Assembly (NCBI RefSeq): GCF_009914755.1
Contig: NC_060925.1
Direction: 5' to 3' (one strand)
From: the human T2T-CHM13v2.0 reference genome, Homo sapiens
DNA length: 64,000 nucleotides
Part shown: positions 1 through 12,379 of the stretch, in pieces
Layout of the letters: each line of letters begins with the position of its first letter
Numbering within the stretch: position 1 is the stretch's first letter
Notes under the pieces: generated by a model
Told to the model about the DNA's origin: nothing
What the model saw: only the letters and a program-made list of their open reading frames with translations
Databases searched by the model: none
Program-made: the position numbers and the translations under genes

Positions 1-392
1 CAGCCCTTTGGGGCTCTGTGGTCTGCATGGGAAGGCCCCACCAGCTGCCAGCCCCGTATCACCAGAAAACATGTCGTCTCTTTAGAGTGAGACACGAGCT
101 CCCAAGTTACTGACAACTTCCCAACAGCATGAGAGAATCACACATGCCACTCCCCACAACAGCCTGCGACGGGCACATGGTGACATCTCACACACACAAC
201 AGCCAGAGACAGGCGCACAAGTTGGTGACAACCCTCCTAACGGGATGAACTAAGCACATAACCTGTCGCTTCCTCCAAACATGAGATGGGCACACCTGAC
301 ACACCCTCGACAGCATGGGGCAGGCGTCTGTTACCCCTCACAGTGGCATAACTGACACGCAACCAGGCACCCCCACACCCACTAATGCACAG

Positions 393-673
393 AGAACCTG
401 TTACACAGCTGACCAAGACACACACACACGCACGCACGCATGCATGCACACACCCACACAAAGAACCTGTCACATAGTTGACCAAGACACACACACATGC
501 ACACACACACAGAACCTGTCACACAGCTGACCAAGACACACACACACGCACGCATGCATGCACACACCCACACAAAGAACCTGTCACATAGTTGACCAAG
601 ACACACACACATGCACACACACACAGAACCTGTCACACAGCTGACCAAGACACACACACACACACACACACAC
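393..673 (+). repeat. Minisatellite: five copies of a 26 bp core separated by CA-rich spacers
   Basis: AGAACCTGTCACAYAGYTGACCAAGA at 393, 462, 511, 576, 625. Confidence 0.95.
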
Positions 674-3419
674 GTGGGACAAGTCCCATCTTCCAGGTGT
701 GAGGAAGGCATGGACCCCTCCACCCACCACACAGCATGAGGCAGGGACATAACCTCGCCCCTGCCTGGGAATCCTCCCTGCAGACTGTGGGATGGGTACA
801 CAACATGTCACCTCCCCGGCTGCCTTGGACAGGTGACAGCCCACCTCACCCCTCCCCCATCACTGTCACCAGCCTGGGTGGTGCCGTCCCTCTGCCTGCA
901 GAGGCGTCACAGCTCACACGGCATGAATGTCACCCCAGCACTGCCAGAGCCGGGCACAGCCACACATTGCCCCAGTGACAAACACCACTGGCCCCAGAGG
1001 AGGTGAAGGCACACAGGGCTCTGGTGTGACCTTGGCCTCTGGACACCAGGAGGGGAGGTGCTGTGGCTTCCCGCCCAGTGGCGGGTGCTGGGGGAGAGGA
1101 GTGCTGGGGAGGAAGCTGCCTGGACACACTGACTACCTGGAAATGCCACCTCCCCCAGCCCTCACTCCACTCCATTTCTTATTCACTGTAGTTGTGTATC
1201 TAGGGAGGGGGCTGAATGAGTGGTGGAGGGAGGGCTGTCCTGAGGCGCTGTTACTATGAGACTGCTTAGAGATCAGTGGGGAGTAGGGCGGTTAGGGGTT
1301 GCTATCACCATGTGCTCAGTGGGAAGAGTATGGGATAATGGCTTGAGACCCCCATAGCTTCCAGGGGAGCCCTTCTTCCTTACAAAGGCCCCCTCTCCAA
1401 ACTTCAGGCCACAGAGCTGGGGACAAGGAGGCCAAAGTCCAGGAACATGACTCACCCAGGGAACAGGCCCAGCCTGCTGGCCATAGTGGTGAGGGAGGCC
1501 AAGAGCCAAGAGGCCTGGGTTCCAGTCTGAGCTCCTCCAGGGCCAAGCTGGGTGACCTTGGAGCAGCAGCTCAGCCTCTTTGGCTTCGGGGAGGGGGGAA
1601 GGGGCCGCAGTGAGAGAAGTGCCAGGGTCAGAAAGAAGAAGCTGAAGCTGGAGACCAGCAGGCAGAACTTCAGGCCACAGAGGGCTCCAGCCCGCCTCCC
1701 CTGCTCCCCTGCTTCCTCACAAGGAACCTCATCTTCCTCATCTGTACAAAAGGGACAAGAGTGCCAGCCTCATGAGACAAGGTAGCATAAAGTGGGCCGC
1801 TCCTCAAGAAATGGGAAGCTTCTGATTGAAGAGAGGGAGAAATAGACTAAGAGACTTGCCCAAGCCACAGAGCAAATTAGGATCAGCTGAACTCAGCCTC
1901 CATCTCCTGGCTCCCCACCTGGAGCTGTTTCTTTAAGACTGCTTGGAGGTCAAGTGTGGAGGGGGACAGGGGAGATGTTGGGGTGTTGTTGGATGCAGTG
2001 CCTCCCTGCCGCCCGATGAAGACCAATGAATCTGATAGGAGTCCACCATGCCCTACCTTTACCCTAAACCCCACTTGGCCCAAAGCTTGGACAAGAGGAG
2101 TGGCTCTAAGGGGAGGGAGGCACCCCACCTCCCACCCCATCATGACCAGCAGCAGCACCTGGTGCTTGGAAGGACTAGAGGACCTGAGATGTCAGTGTCT
2201 AGGGCCCCTCGTTTTACAGGAGCCCAGAGAGGGAAAGGCCTAGCCTGAGGTCACACAGCACGACAGCACAAGAGCCTAGAGTCCTGGCCACGGACAGCCT
2301 CAGAGCAGAGTCCCCCTAGCCCCTGGGGGTGGCTGGAGCTGGGGGGCCCTGGGGGACTGAGTAAAGCGTGGCGACAGATGGCCTGCCGAGGCAGCGGCGA
2401 TCTGGGCGGCTGGCAGGCATGCTCGCTCCCGCGCAGGGAAGCGGCTAATTTTAGCTGAGGCCTCGATGCCAGCTTTGTTCCCCCCACCCACCCGCCGAGG
2501 GGGCCCAGCATGCCTTGCGTGCAACCTGCCTCCCCCAGGCACCCCTACTCCCCCGCCTGGCCCCTTGGTGAGTAGTGCCCAGACCCCAGGATCCTAGAAC
2601 GGTCTGCCTGACCAGGCCTCACCACACCCAGAGGTGAGGCCTGACTCCCCTACCCCAGGGCCTGTTTGCCCACGACTCCAAGCTCATTCCATGAAGAGGG
2701 GCGAGAGAGGAAGGACAGAGGCCACTGCCCAGACTGGGAGGGCGGGCCAGACAGCAGGGGCTGCCAGTCTTGAAGGGAGGCGAGGCACTGTCCTCCACCC
2801 AACCCTTAAGGAGACAGGACCCTGATTCCACCCATGCCCTGGACAAACATTCTGTCTGGTGTCCCCCGGCGCTGGTGAGCAAGGGGCGGGAGTCACTCTA
2901 GTCTTTCCTTGTTCCTCATAACTTTGAGTTTGTTCCAGGAACTCAAAGCACTTTAAAGAAGTCAGACATGAAGCAAGGATAGTATCCCTATACCATCTGG
3001 GGAAACTGAGGCACAGTCTGAACTTGCCATCATTTTAGCAAGGGAAGGGACAAATCCCAAGAATCAGTGAGGCCTGTTCTCTAGAGAGCTTCTTGGGCCA
3101 GTTTAGCTCCTGGAACTATCTTCTGTTCCTACCCTGGGCTAGTGGAAGGTAGACTAGATGGATGGAGCCCATCCCCTAAAACCCTGGAAAGGCAGACTCA
3201 CACTCTTGTTTCCTGGTGCCACACTCTCTGTAGGCTCTTCAACCTTGCACCCTCCATTTCAGGTTCAACCACATAAGCCCAGTGGGGCTTCCAGGACATC
3301 TGGCCCCTACTAAAAAGAGGGATCCTTTGGGGTGACTCTGGAGCCCTGCCCCCTGCACCAGCTCCCCAATCTTCATAGGCCTGGGAAGGAAACAACCTGG
3401 TAGGAAATAGAGTAAGGAG

Positions 3420-4060
3420 AACTGAAAGGCCCAGCTCTGAAAGAAAGATATGTATTTAGAAGGACAAAGTCAGAAGAAAGACAGGGGGCGGGAGAAATCA
3501 AGGCAGAGATTCAGATCCAGGAAGAGAGACAGAAAGATGAAGGACACTGAGGCAAGAGAAACAGGGCAGAAAGAGGCAGAAGGAGAAAAAGATCTGGAGG
3601 GAGGGGGCGAGAGCCAGAGAGGGAGAGAGAGGGCGACCATGCCAGAGGAAGGAAAACAGCAAGAAAGAGACTCAGGAAGAGAGAGAGACAAGGAGAAAGA
3701 AAAAGACAAAAGAGAGAGACAGGCAGGATGATGCAGAGACAAAGACACACGCACAGGGGGGAAGAGATGGAGAAGGAACCTGAGGAGTCTGCACAGACAG
3801 GCGGAGGCACAGAGCACCAGCGACCCGGGAGCTGGAGACAGACAGAGGGACTGACACACCCAGAGCCCCACAGCGACAGTCGGAGGGTGAGACACACTCA
3901 GATGGGGTGGGAAGAGGGGGTGACACTACTAAGTGTTAGAGTGTGGGGGGAACAGCAGTAGGCAGAGGTGAGGAGGGAGGGGGGTGGAGGAGGAGGAGGA
4001 GGAGGGATGTCATTGCCAGAACTGGGGGGGGACAGAGGACAGAAATGGAATGTGGGTCTG
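3420..4060 (+). repeat. GA-rich low-complexity tract
   Basis: Strong purine skew; yields spurious charged ORFs. Confidence 0.8.
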
Positions 4061-5689
4061 GGCATGAGGCTCACAGATGCATCGGCTCTGGTTTCAGCTG
4101 GGGCAGTTGGCTGCTAGGGTGGGGGGAAGAAGGAGCAGAGCTGTCGAGGGAGGGGGGCCTGTTGCCATGGAGGCGGGCACGGCAGGGGCACAGTCTGCTG
4201 GCACTTGGAGCTCTGGGCATGGTAGGGGGCTGAGGCAGAAAGGCAGGGTAAGGAAGAAGCCTCGCCCCTGCCCTCGGGGCTCTACCAGGAAGAAAGTTTC
4301 CAGAGAGCCACAGAGATGCTGGGAGTGGAGCATGGCTCTAGGCCCTGACCAATCCTAGGGAGGCTGTGGAGGGTGCACTGCTCTCCAGGCCGTCTGTGGG
4401 CATCCCAGCTTCCTGCATGCGCCTCAGGCTGGCCCTGGGGACCCTCCTCCTCTCTGTCCCCTCCAGTCTAGCTGAAGATCCTGCATGCTGCTGCTTGCTG
4501 CCACTGCTGCTTGCAGGGAAGCAGCAAGATTGTGAATTCAGGATCTGTAATCCTAACGCAGAGCCCAGGCCTACCGGGCTCCAGTTGCCAAGGCGACGGT
4601 GGGTCAGAGGGCAGCGCGGGGCGCCCGCTCCTCCAAGTCAGAATCCCAATTGTTAAAGCCCAAGAATAAACAGCTGAAGCGGCCGTCGGGGGGCCGGGAG
4701 GGGGGCTGAGGTCTGCATCGGCTCAGTGTGGTGTTGTCAAGCGAGATGTCACTAATTGTCTGAAGGAACAGGCTGAGGCAGCTCTTAACTGCTTCTGTGC
4801 CACCGGAGACACCTTGGCTGCCTGGCCCCATCCCTGGGGCCTCCCAGCATTCCACCAGGCCAGGCTATTGGTGGGGGCAGTGCTGGCCCAGCATAATCCC
4901 TGCCTCCCTTGCACTGCACTGAACCCCACATACTTGTGGCTCCTAACCCTCCTCTTTGCTCAACTTGGAACCTCCCACCTGCAAGCTAAATCATTATGTC
5001 CCCAACACAAGCACCCCCAAATCACTGGGCCCACAATACTCCTTGTAGCCCAGAACTGCCCCTTTGGCTTGCAAAAGCCCTCCCAGCTCCCCCAACATCT
5101 CTCCCTCTTCACAGAAGTTGGGGTTCTCGTCCAGATTTGTGGATTGCAGAGGAAGGTAGGCCTAGGGCTCTTCCAGTTTGTGGGGAGGGACAGGGAAGGG
5201 CAGAGGCCTCCTATGGGGAAAGGTGAGGCCTAAAGCAAGTCTCCGTGCAACTCCCTGCTCTTAATCACACACCTGAACCAAAGGCCTGAAGGAAGCTGGG
5301 AAACCTGGTTTCCAGCTTTGATGCTCCTACCTCCTTGCTCTGTGTGACTCTGGATGCAGTGGTGGCTATTCTGAGGCGGGCCGGTGTCTGTAACGCCTGA
5401 CCAGAGGCACACCCAACCCTGTGGGTGAGAAGGGCCCGATAGTACAAGGTGGACAGCCCGCAGAAATGCAGCCGGTAAGCCATTCCATGGAGCAGTGTGG
5501 GGGTACACTGAGCAAACTGCTCAGTGGATGGCAGCTAGCGCTGGCAGTAGTGCTGGTACTGCCCTTAACTACAGAGGGTCCTAGAGGGTGCGGGTAATCA
5601 GAAAAGATCGCAGGGTAGGTTCTAGGAAGGCTTCCTGCAGAAAGTGGTACTTGGCAAGATCTTGGGGCAGGTGGGCTGGAAGGTGGAGC

Positions 5690-6330
5690 ACTCCAGGAGA
5701 GAGGTCTTGTGAGGAGCTTCACGGGAGCAGAGCAGCTCGGTCTCAGGTCGCTCGCGTGTTCAGCCTCTCCCAGACTTGGAAGGGCGAGGCCTTCAACGGT
5801 CTCCCCGCCCCTTAGGCCGGCCCTGCCTTTTCCTCCACCTCCCGCCGACTCCACCCACGGCGCGTCCCGAACACCAGGAGCGGTGCCCGCGAGGGGGCGG
5901 GCCGCGCGGGCCGGGCTCCCGGAGATTGGTAGCACCTGGAGTGATGTCGCTAGGGGCGGGGTCGGGGCTTCGGACACGCCCTCTTCCCCGGACCCTTTCC
6001 CCCGGCCGCGGCGCGGGTGCCCGGGAGGGGGCGCTCCGCTCGCTGCGCCCCTCAGGTGGGAGCCTGCGGCGGGCCGGGCCGGGCCGGGGCGCTCTTCGTG
6101 GGCGGGGAGCTGGGCGCGGAAACAGGGGATCCCCCAGAGAGCGCCCAGCCCAGCCTGGGGCTGGACGCGTACAAAAGGCGACTTGTTCTTTCTCGGGATG
6201 CCTGCGCCTTCTCAAACATACCTACAGCCGCACTCCAGGGACAGCTACACCCACACACCCGCACAAAGCCTGCCAGGGTGGGGCGCGGGGGGCTGGCGAA
6301 AGCCCCAGAAGTCGGCCGTAAGAAGAGCCC
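5690..6330. promoter_or_regulatory. Intronic CpG island 1
   Basis: Dense CpG, GGGGCGGGG boxes, inverted CCAAT (gattgg) near 5924. Confidence 0.8.
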
Positions 6331-6499
6331 TGCCCTGAACCCCCCCGCCCACTTGCCACATACTCAAAGCCCCCTCACCCCATCCCACCCCAAATCATCT
6401 GGATACTACCCCCCATCGCCCAGTGCACAGCCCTGGGGACACTGACGCAGTCACATTCTGGAAACTGTCTTCTCCCTCATATGGTCTATAGCTCACCAA

Positions 6500-6730
6500 C
6501 CCCTGCTCTGGAGTCAGACTGCCAGCTGCAATCCTGGCTCCACACTGTGTGTGACCTTGGCATCCAATAAGGCTTGTTAAGGTTACTTTTTACTGAGCAC
6601 TTACTCTGTGCCAATCCTCATCATCACCCTACATGGTGAGTACTATTAGTCTTATTTTGTAGATGGGGGAACTGAGGCTTGGGTAAAATAGCCTGCCTAA
6701 GACAGGCAAGGATTTGAACCCCATGTTCTT
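6500..6730. mobile_element. MIR fragments
   Basis: ctggagtcagact...tgtgtgaccttgg and attttgtagatgggggaactgaggc...ggatttgaaccc. Confidence 0.7.
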
Positions 6731-9700
6731 CCATGTCGCATCATCTCAGCCTCCCATCACACCACCTTACACCCTAGCACCCCACCACACACACAACTGC
6801 AGACAGCAAAGCCATCTATCTCAGAGTTGAGGTGTAATTCTCCACCCCAAACATACCTCGCTGTCACAGTCTAGTACCAGGCGGGTTCTCTCACTACTCA
6901 GTGTGTTTGGAGAAGGGAAGAACATCTCCTACCTCTAAGCTTCCCCAGCCCTGATGCTGGCCGTCAGGAGTCATAAATGGGGCAGCGTGACAGCAGGGCC
7001 AGAACAGGCTACCTCTAACCTTTCCAGCAGGCTCACCTCCACCTCCCCTGACCCCCGGATGACAAAGCACTGCCATATTGGTTGGGGCGCCTGGCCTGTA
7101 GCTCTCTCCCTGACCCGACAGGCCTGGACCCTCCCCTAGCCCCAACCCCTGCTGAGAACAAGTAGAAACAAACTCCTTCCTGGGGATGTCAAAGCACCTT
7201 TCCTGGGGGAGGCGGCACTGTGATGCCCTGAGTCTGGCTAGGGAGAAGGATCGGGTTACTCTTTCCCCAGCTGTGCCTAGACTCCCTGGAGCTGACCTTT
7301 CACCTCAGCCAGGCCAGGACCCAAAGGGGGCTGGAGTCCAGCCTTCACCTCCTGTTAACCCTCTGCATTCCTCATCTTTCCATTCCTGGGCCCCCAGCGG
7401 GTCTCAGGAAGCCCAGCTGGGCATGCCAACCTTTCCCTACCCTCCCATCCTAGGGTCTGGTTTCCCAGAGAGCTTTACAGAATGCTCCTCCCTGCCCCCT
7501 GCCCAAGCTGCCCTGCCGGGATCAGATACCTCCGCCCAAGCAGCTGAAAATGACCTGGGCTATTTTCGCTCTGGGATCACGTTGCAAACTCCCCCTTGAG
7601 CTGGCAGCTTCCCACACCCCTCCAGACCATCGCCCCCCACCCCTCATCCCTCACCCAGGGCTACTGACTAACAGGACAGGAGGGCTTTTAGAGACCACTG
7701 GCCTAAACCCTTCAAATGGGGATACTGAGGCCATGAGGAGTCAGGCACAGGGCTGGGCAAAGAACCAAGTTTCCTGGGTCCCCGCCCAGGTCTCTTTCTA
7801 CTGTCTAGCACAGCTTGATCCGTACCCTAGATCTCAAATCCTCTGACCCAGCCAAAAACCTAGCCAACCTCCCCTAAGCACCAGAAAGTCACACTGCAGG
7901 CTACCAACAAGTCCCTGAGCTGCCCTGCATGTCAGAAACTGCCTTGGCCACACTCTTCTCTTTGTTTAGAACTGGGACCAGGTCTGTACCTGTGTCACAG
8001 GCATGTGCACCACTGGAAGGTTTTAGGGGGTGCAAACTGGGAGGAAAGATAGGGAGATTGAGGCCTAGAGGAATGAGGAGATGGACTCAAGCTTTATGTA
8101 TCTTAATACTGCCCAGCAGCCCCTTGCCCCAGCTTCTTGGCTCCCCCTTTCCATTCCTGCAAACCAGCCCCCTCCAGGCCCCTGCCCCTGCCCCTCTGCC
8201 TCAAGCCCCAGCCCTCCTGGGCAGGAATGTGACTGGTCAGGTCTGAGCTGACCACATGAGTGGCTATAAGGTGACAGACCCCCCCACTCTCCCATCCCCC
8301 CAGCCTGGGGGAGCTCACATACCAACGCAAGGGGTGGGAGAGCTCCTTTAACCCTTTGCAGCCTGACTTTCAGGAAGAAAAGGCAGGGTACTCTACTTCC
8401 TGTGGCCAGACCCAGTGTGGGCTGCCAGGTGGAGGGAGTGTAGGAAGAATCTCCTTTAGCGAGCGGTGGTGGAATGAGGGTATCCAGAAAGTCCCCACTA
8501 GTATTCTCTGCCACCCCAAATGTCCCATCTCATCTCCCATGCCATTTGGAAAAATAGTCATGAGCTAGTGCTGAGGGTGGAGAAGGAAAGGAGGCATTAT
8601 GAACCCCAACCTCAGGAACCCCTAGTCCAACAGGAGAAATACAACCCTGCCCTGGGGAGTCTGATGGGGGAGACCAGGCACAGAGGCAGGCTGGGACAAA
8701 GAGCCTGGAGCGGAGCAGAACCCTGAGCTGCAGCAGGAGGAGGAAGAAGCCAGGGCAGGAGCAGAACAAGTCAGGTGGGGTCAGACCGGACAGGCTTCCT
8801 GGAGGCCCCCTCGGCCCACAGCCCTCCCCCCAGGCTCTGGAATCTCGGGGGTCAGGGCTGAGGGACAGCCCCACCCCCTGCTCCCCTCAGGCTCAGGAAT
8901 TCCACCAGCCAAGGAGGGGGGGGTGGCTGCTTCGGCCTCAGTCCAAGTTGGCTCCCACTGGACCGGGAACAGCAGCTCCTCCTCGGCCCCCTACTTCACC
9001 CAAGCCCTGGGGCTGGCCCCCAGCCCCCTCCCCTCCCCCTCCCAGGCTGGCATGGTGTGTGCCAGGCGCTGGCAGAAAACAAACCCGCCGGGGTGGGTTT
9101 GCAGGGAGCGGGGTAACCTTGACACAGTTGCGGCAGTCGCTAATGGCAGACACACACTCCGCCTGTTCTGGGGGGACTGTTGCCGTTGCTAGGAAACCAG
9201 CAGCCGCGTGAATGGAAATGGGTCAGTAAACCTGGGGAGAGATAGTGTGACACTCGAACCACTGCAGCTGCTCCAGCCCACACCGAAATCCCTCCTCTTC
9301 AATATTTATCACTCCCACCTGGGCCCTCAGCTCCTGCCAGACCCTGCACCAGCCTGGCCTTCAGCCCCCCAACTCAAGGCCTGACAGGGGTGGGGGAGAA
9401 AAGAAATGGAGGGGGTTGCTTATCCATTTTGGGGGGTGGTCCAGACGGGGTGGAATTGGTTCTGGAGGAGATTGAACAGGAAACAGAGTCTAATCCCGTG
9501 GTGGGGAAGGGGTTAAAAGGTCAATTCACGCCTGTTCCTGACTTAGGCACCGTGGTAAAATTACTGAGAGTGAGGGGGCTTGAGGCTGCCTGCCTGCTTA
9601 CCTGTGGAGGGACTGATTAAGACAGGAGACCTCCCTCCAGGTGTCCTGGGGCCCCCCTCTGTACAAAGATAGAAGGGAAGAGGCACCCAAAACATGGCCA

Positions 9701-12379
9701 GGATTCACTCACAGCCTGAAAACACCACCGGATGGTCCCAGTACAACCTGACATCTGATAGCAGCCCAAACGGCCAGGAGCTGCCTACTGCCTTACAACA
9801 CTGTTCTGGACAGCTACACGTCCGTACCCTAGCCAGCCACACATGCACTGTTCAGAGGCCCTGACAACACCCCTACAGATACCCCCACAACAGTACATGA
9901 CAACTCCAATTCCAAACAGTGCCACTCAGCTCAACATCCATAAACAACTGACAAACCCAGGTGCAGGCAAAACCACGCAGTGTGGGACTGTGCTGACTCC
10001 AGCCGCTTCCCCAGGAGGCTGGAGCCTCTCTGAGGAGCCTGTCCTGACCCAAAGCCCGGCTCTCTGCTTCATGGATGTTTCTTCCTCCCTCCCACTGCCA
10101 GCCTCCTTGTCCTGCACACACCTCAACACACCGCCCCTGCGATCGCTCTTCTGGAGACACCAACCCATGAGCTAGCTGTCTTGTGCGCCATGCCCCAATT
10201 CCCTGGAGGCCGACTGGTCACTGACACACACATTCCCTTCCCCTAGAAGCACACAGTCTCACAGCCCCGCCTGACACAAGCTCTTATTCCTATGCACAGG
10301 CCTCTCCACAGACAACAGAGACCTAGGGAAGCAGCGGTGCCACTGGCTTGGGTGATAAGCCCCCTCCATCCACCACAACCTCCACCAGTATCCCTGAAGG
10401 GTGTGTCTCAGGAAGGGAGGCACTCCAGCCTTCTGGGGGTGGGGTGGGGATACCTTGACAGGAATCTCCGAGCTGACTTGGTTCTCTGTGTGCGCCTATC
10501 TCCTAGGACACATCAGTCAACACAGGCTTGGAGCCTGTCAGAGCTAGAAGGTGCCTTAGGGAGCCACTAATCCAACCTCCTTCGCTATGCAGGAGGAAGG
10601 AAACCAAGGCCCAGAGAGGGGAAGCAGCCTGCCTAACGTCACACAGCCGAACTCCTGGTTGCCCTTTTCTTTCATAGTTCCCCAGTGGGAGCCCTCTATG
10701 TGTGGTAAAGACACTGGGGAGTAGGGTACAGTTAGCCCAGAAAGGCTTTTCTGAGGCAGAGGGAGGTGGAACCGACTAGTTGGGAGGGGAATCTGTAGTC
10801 CTAGAGAGTTTATGAGAACTGCCCAACAGTGCATCCAAAGACATGAGCACCTCGCAGCCCTGGAATCTGGGCCACATAAATTTGGTGGGATCCAGGCTTT
10901 GCCAAAAAGAGCTGGTGGATGCTCATTCCTGCTCCACTTCCTATCCCAGCGCCCCAGAGAGCTGTCTCCCCAAACCAAAGGCAAGGGAAGGTTACAAAGT
11001 TCCCTATACCTGGCCTTGAATGCAAGTTCCCTCTGTGGTCCAGGGCATCCCTGCCTTTTATTATTTACGTAGATCTCTGCCAGGAAGCCTCTGCGATGCA
11101 TGAGTAAAGAGGTGTTCTGCCAGGTAGTTTTTATTTCAACTCCATTTTGCAGAAAAGCAAACTGAGGCTCACAAGAGGTAGGGTAATTTGCTCAAGTTCA
11201 CACAGACAACAAATGGGGCCTTGAGCTCCTTCCAGTACACCAGGGTCTTTCCCAGTGGACATGGAAGGCCAATCAAACAGGAAACAGGGAGAACTGGGGA
11301 TAGGAGAGGTTGGGAGTTGACACAGGCCCAGGCCCAACATCCTGGGCTAAGGAGGAACCCCGAGGCATCTGAATTTGAATCTGGGTATCTGGCAGTGATG
11401 GAGTGAAAGGTCAGCAAGGAGATGAGAGGAAGAGGAAAGCAGAATTCCACCAGCCTCACAGCCTGCCTGGACCATCCCCTGGGGAGCCAGCCTGGAGCTC
11501 TCTGCCAGCCCCCGCCCCACCCCCAGTGGAAGGCAAAAGGAGCACTGTGAGGAGACTAGTGTGACAGAGACCTTGGGAAGTGAAATCTCACAGGCTTGGT
11601 GCAGGGGAAGGGAATTCAAATGTTTTGGGGGCTACCTCTATTCCTCAGGATGGGGCTGGATGTCACACGGGTGCCCTTCATTTCCCACCCTTACTATGTG
11701 CAGATGCTATGCTAACTGATTGAAATGTTGTGTAACTTTGAGCCCCACCACAAGGCCATGGCCTATCTAGTGTTATCTAGTTTTTCACGTGAGGAAAGGG
11801 AAACTCAGGAGTAAAAGGACTTGTTCAAGGTCACACAGCCAGCGAGTGGCAACTGTGGCATAGGTGAAGCGTGCCTATCCCGACTGCTTTTGTTTACCAT
11901 GGTGAGAGTATGCTAGGTGGGGGCAGGAAACAGAACTGAACAAGGGCCACTGGCAGGGGGAGAAGGGTCCACCATCAGATGGGGAAGATGCCTGCTGAGT
12001 TGCCAAAAGGTTCATCAGTTTACAGAGCACCAAATGGTGCTGGAAGGGAACAAAGTTGTGGGAAAGCGTCCCTTCCCCTGCCCAACAAAGGGCAGGGTAG
12101 ACCTCTTTCCTTCCCCAAGCCATAGTGCCAAGAGTGAGCCCTGAGAGGTCACATACCTACTCCTGGATTCTCAGGGCTCTTGTAAAATGAAGCCCCTCCC
12201 ATCCCGGGGCCCTTCTCTGGACTCTGGGGCCTGCAAGGTGCAGAAATGCTCTCAAAGAAAGCTACTGTCGCCGTCGGGAAAATTATCCAGGATTTTCCCA
12301 GCACATCTGCCCCCACATCGGCTCCGCAGTTGGGAGGCGGGGCGGGGGTGCTGCATGCTGGGAGAAGACTGCCTTGCCT

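Noticed and set aside
393-673. CRISPR-like repeat-spacer look (also 46148-46346)
   Set aside because: Spacers are simple CA or TG runs rather than unique sequence, the context is mammalian and there are no cas genes; these are minisatellites.
2280-2300. CCACGGACAGC resembling a REST/RE1 site
   Set aside because: Only the right half matches; the TCAGCA left half is absent.
3450-3961. Highly charged E/R/K-rich ORFs
   Set aside because: Translation of a GA-rich low-complexity tract.
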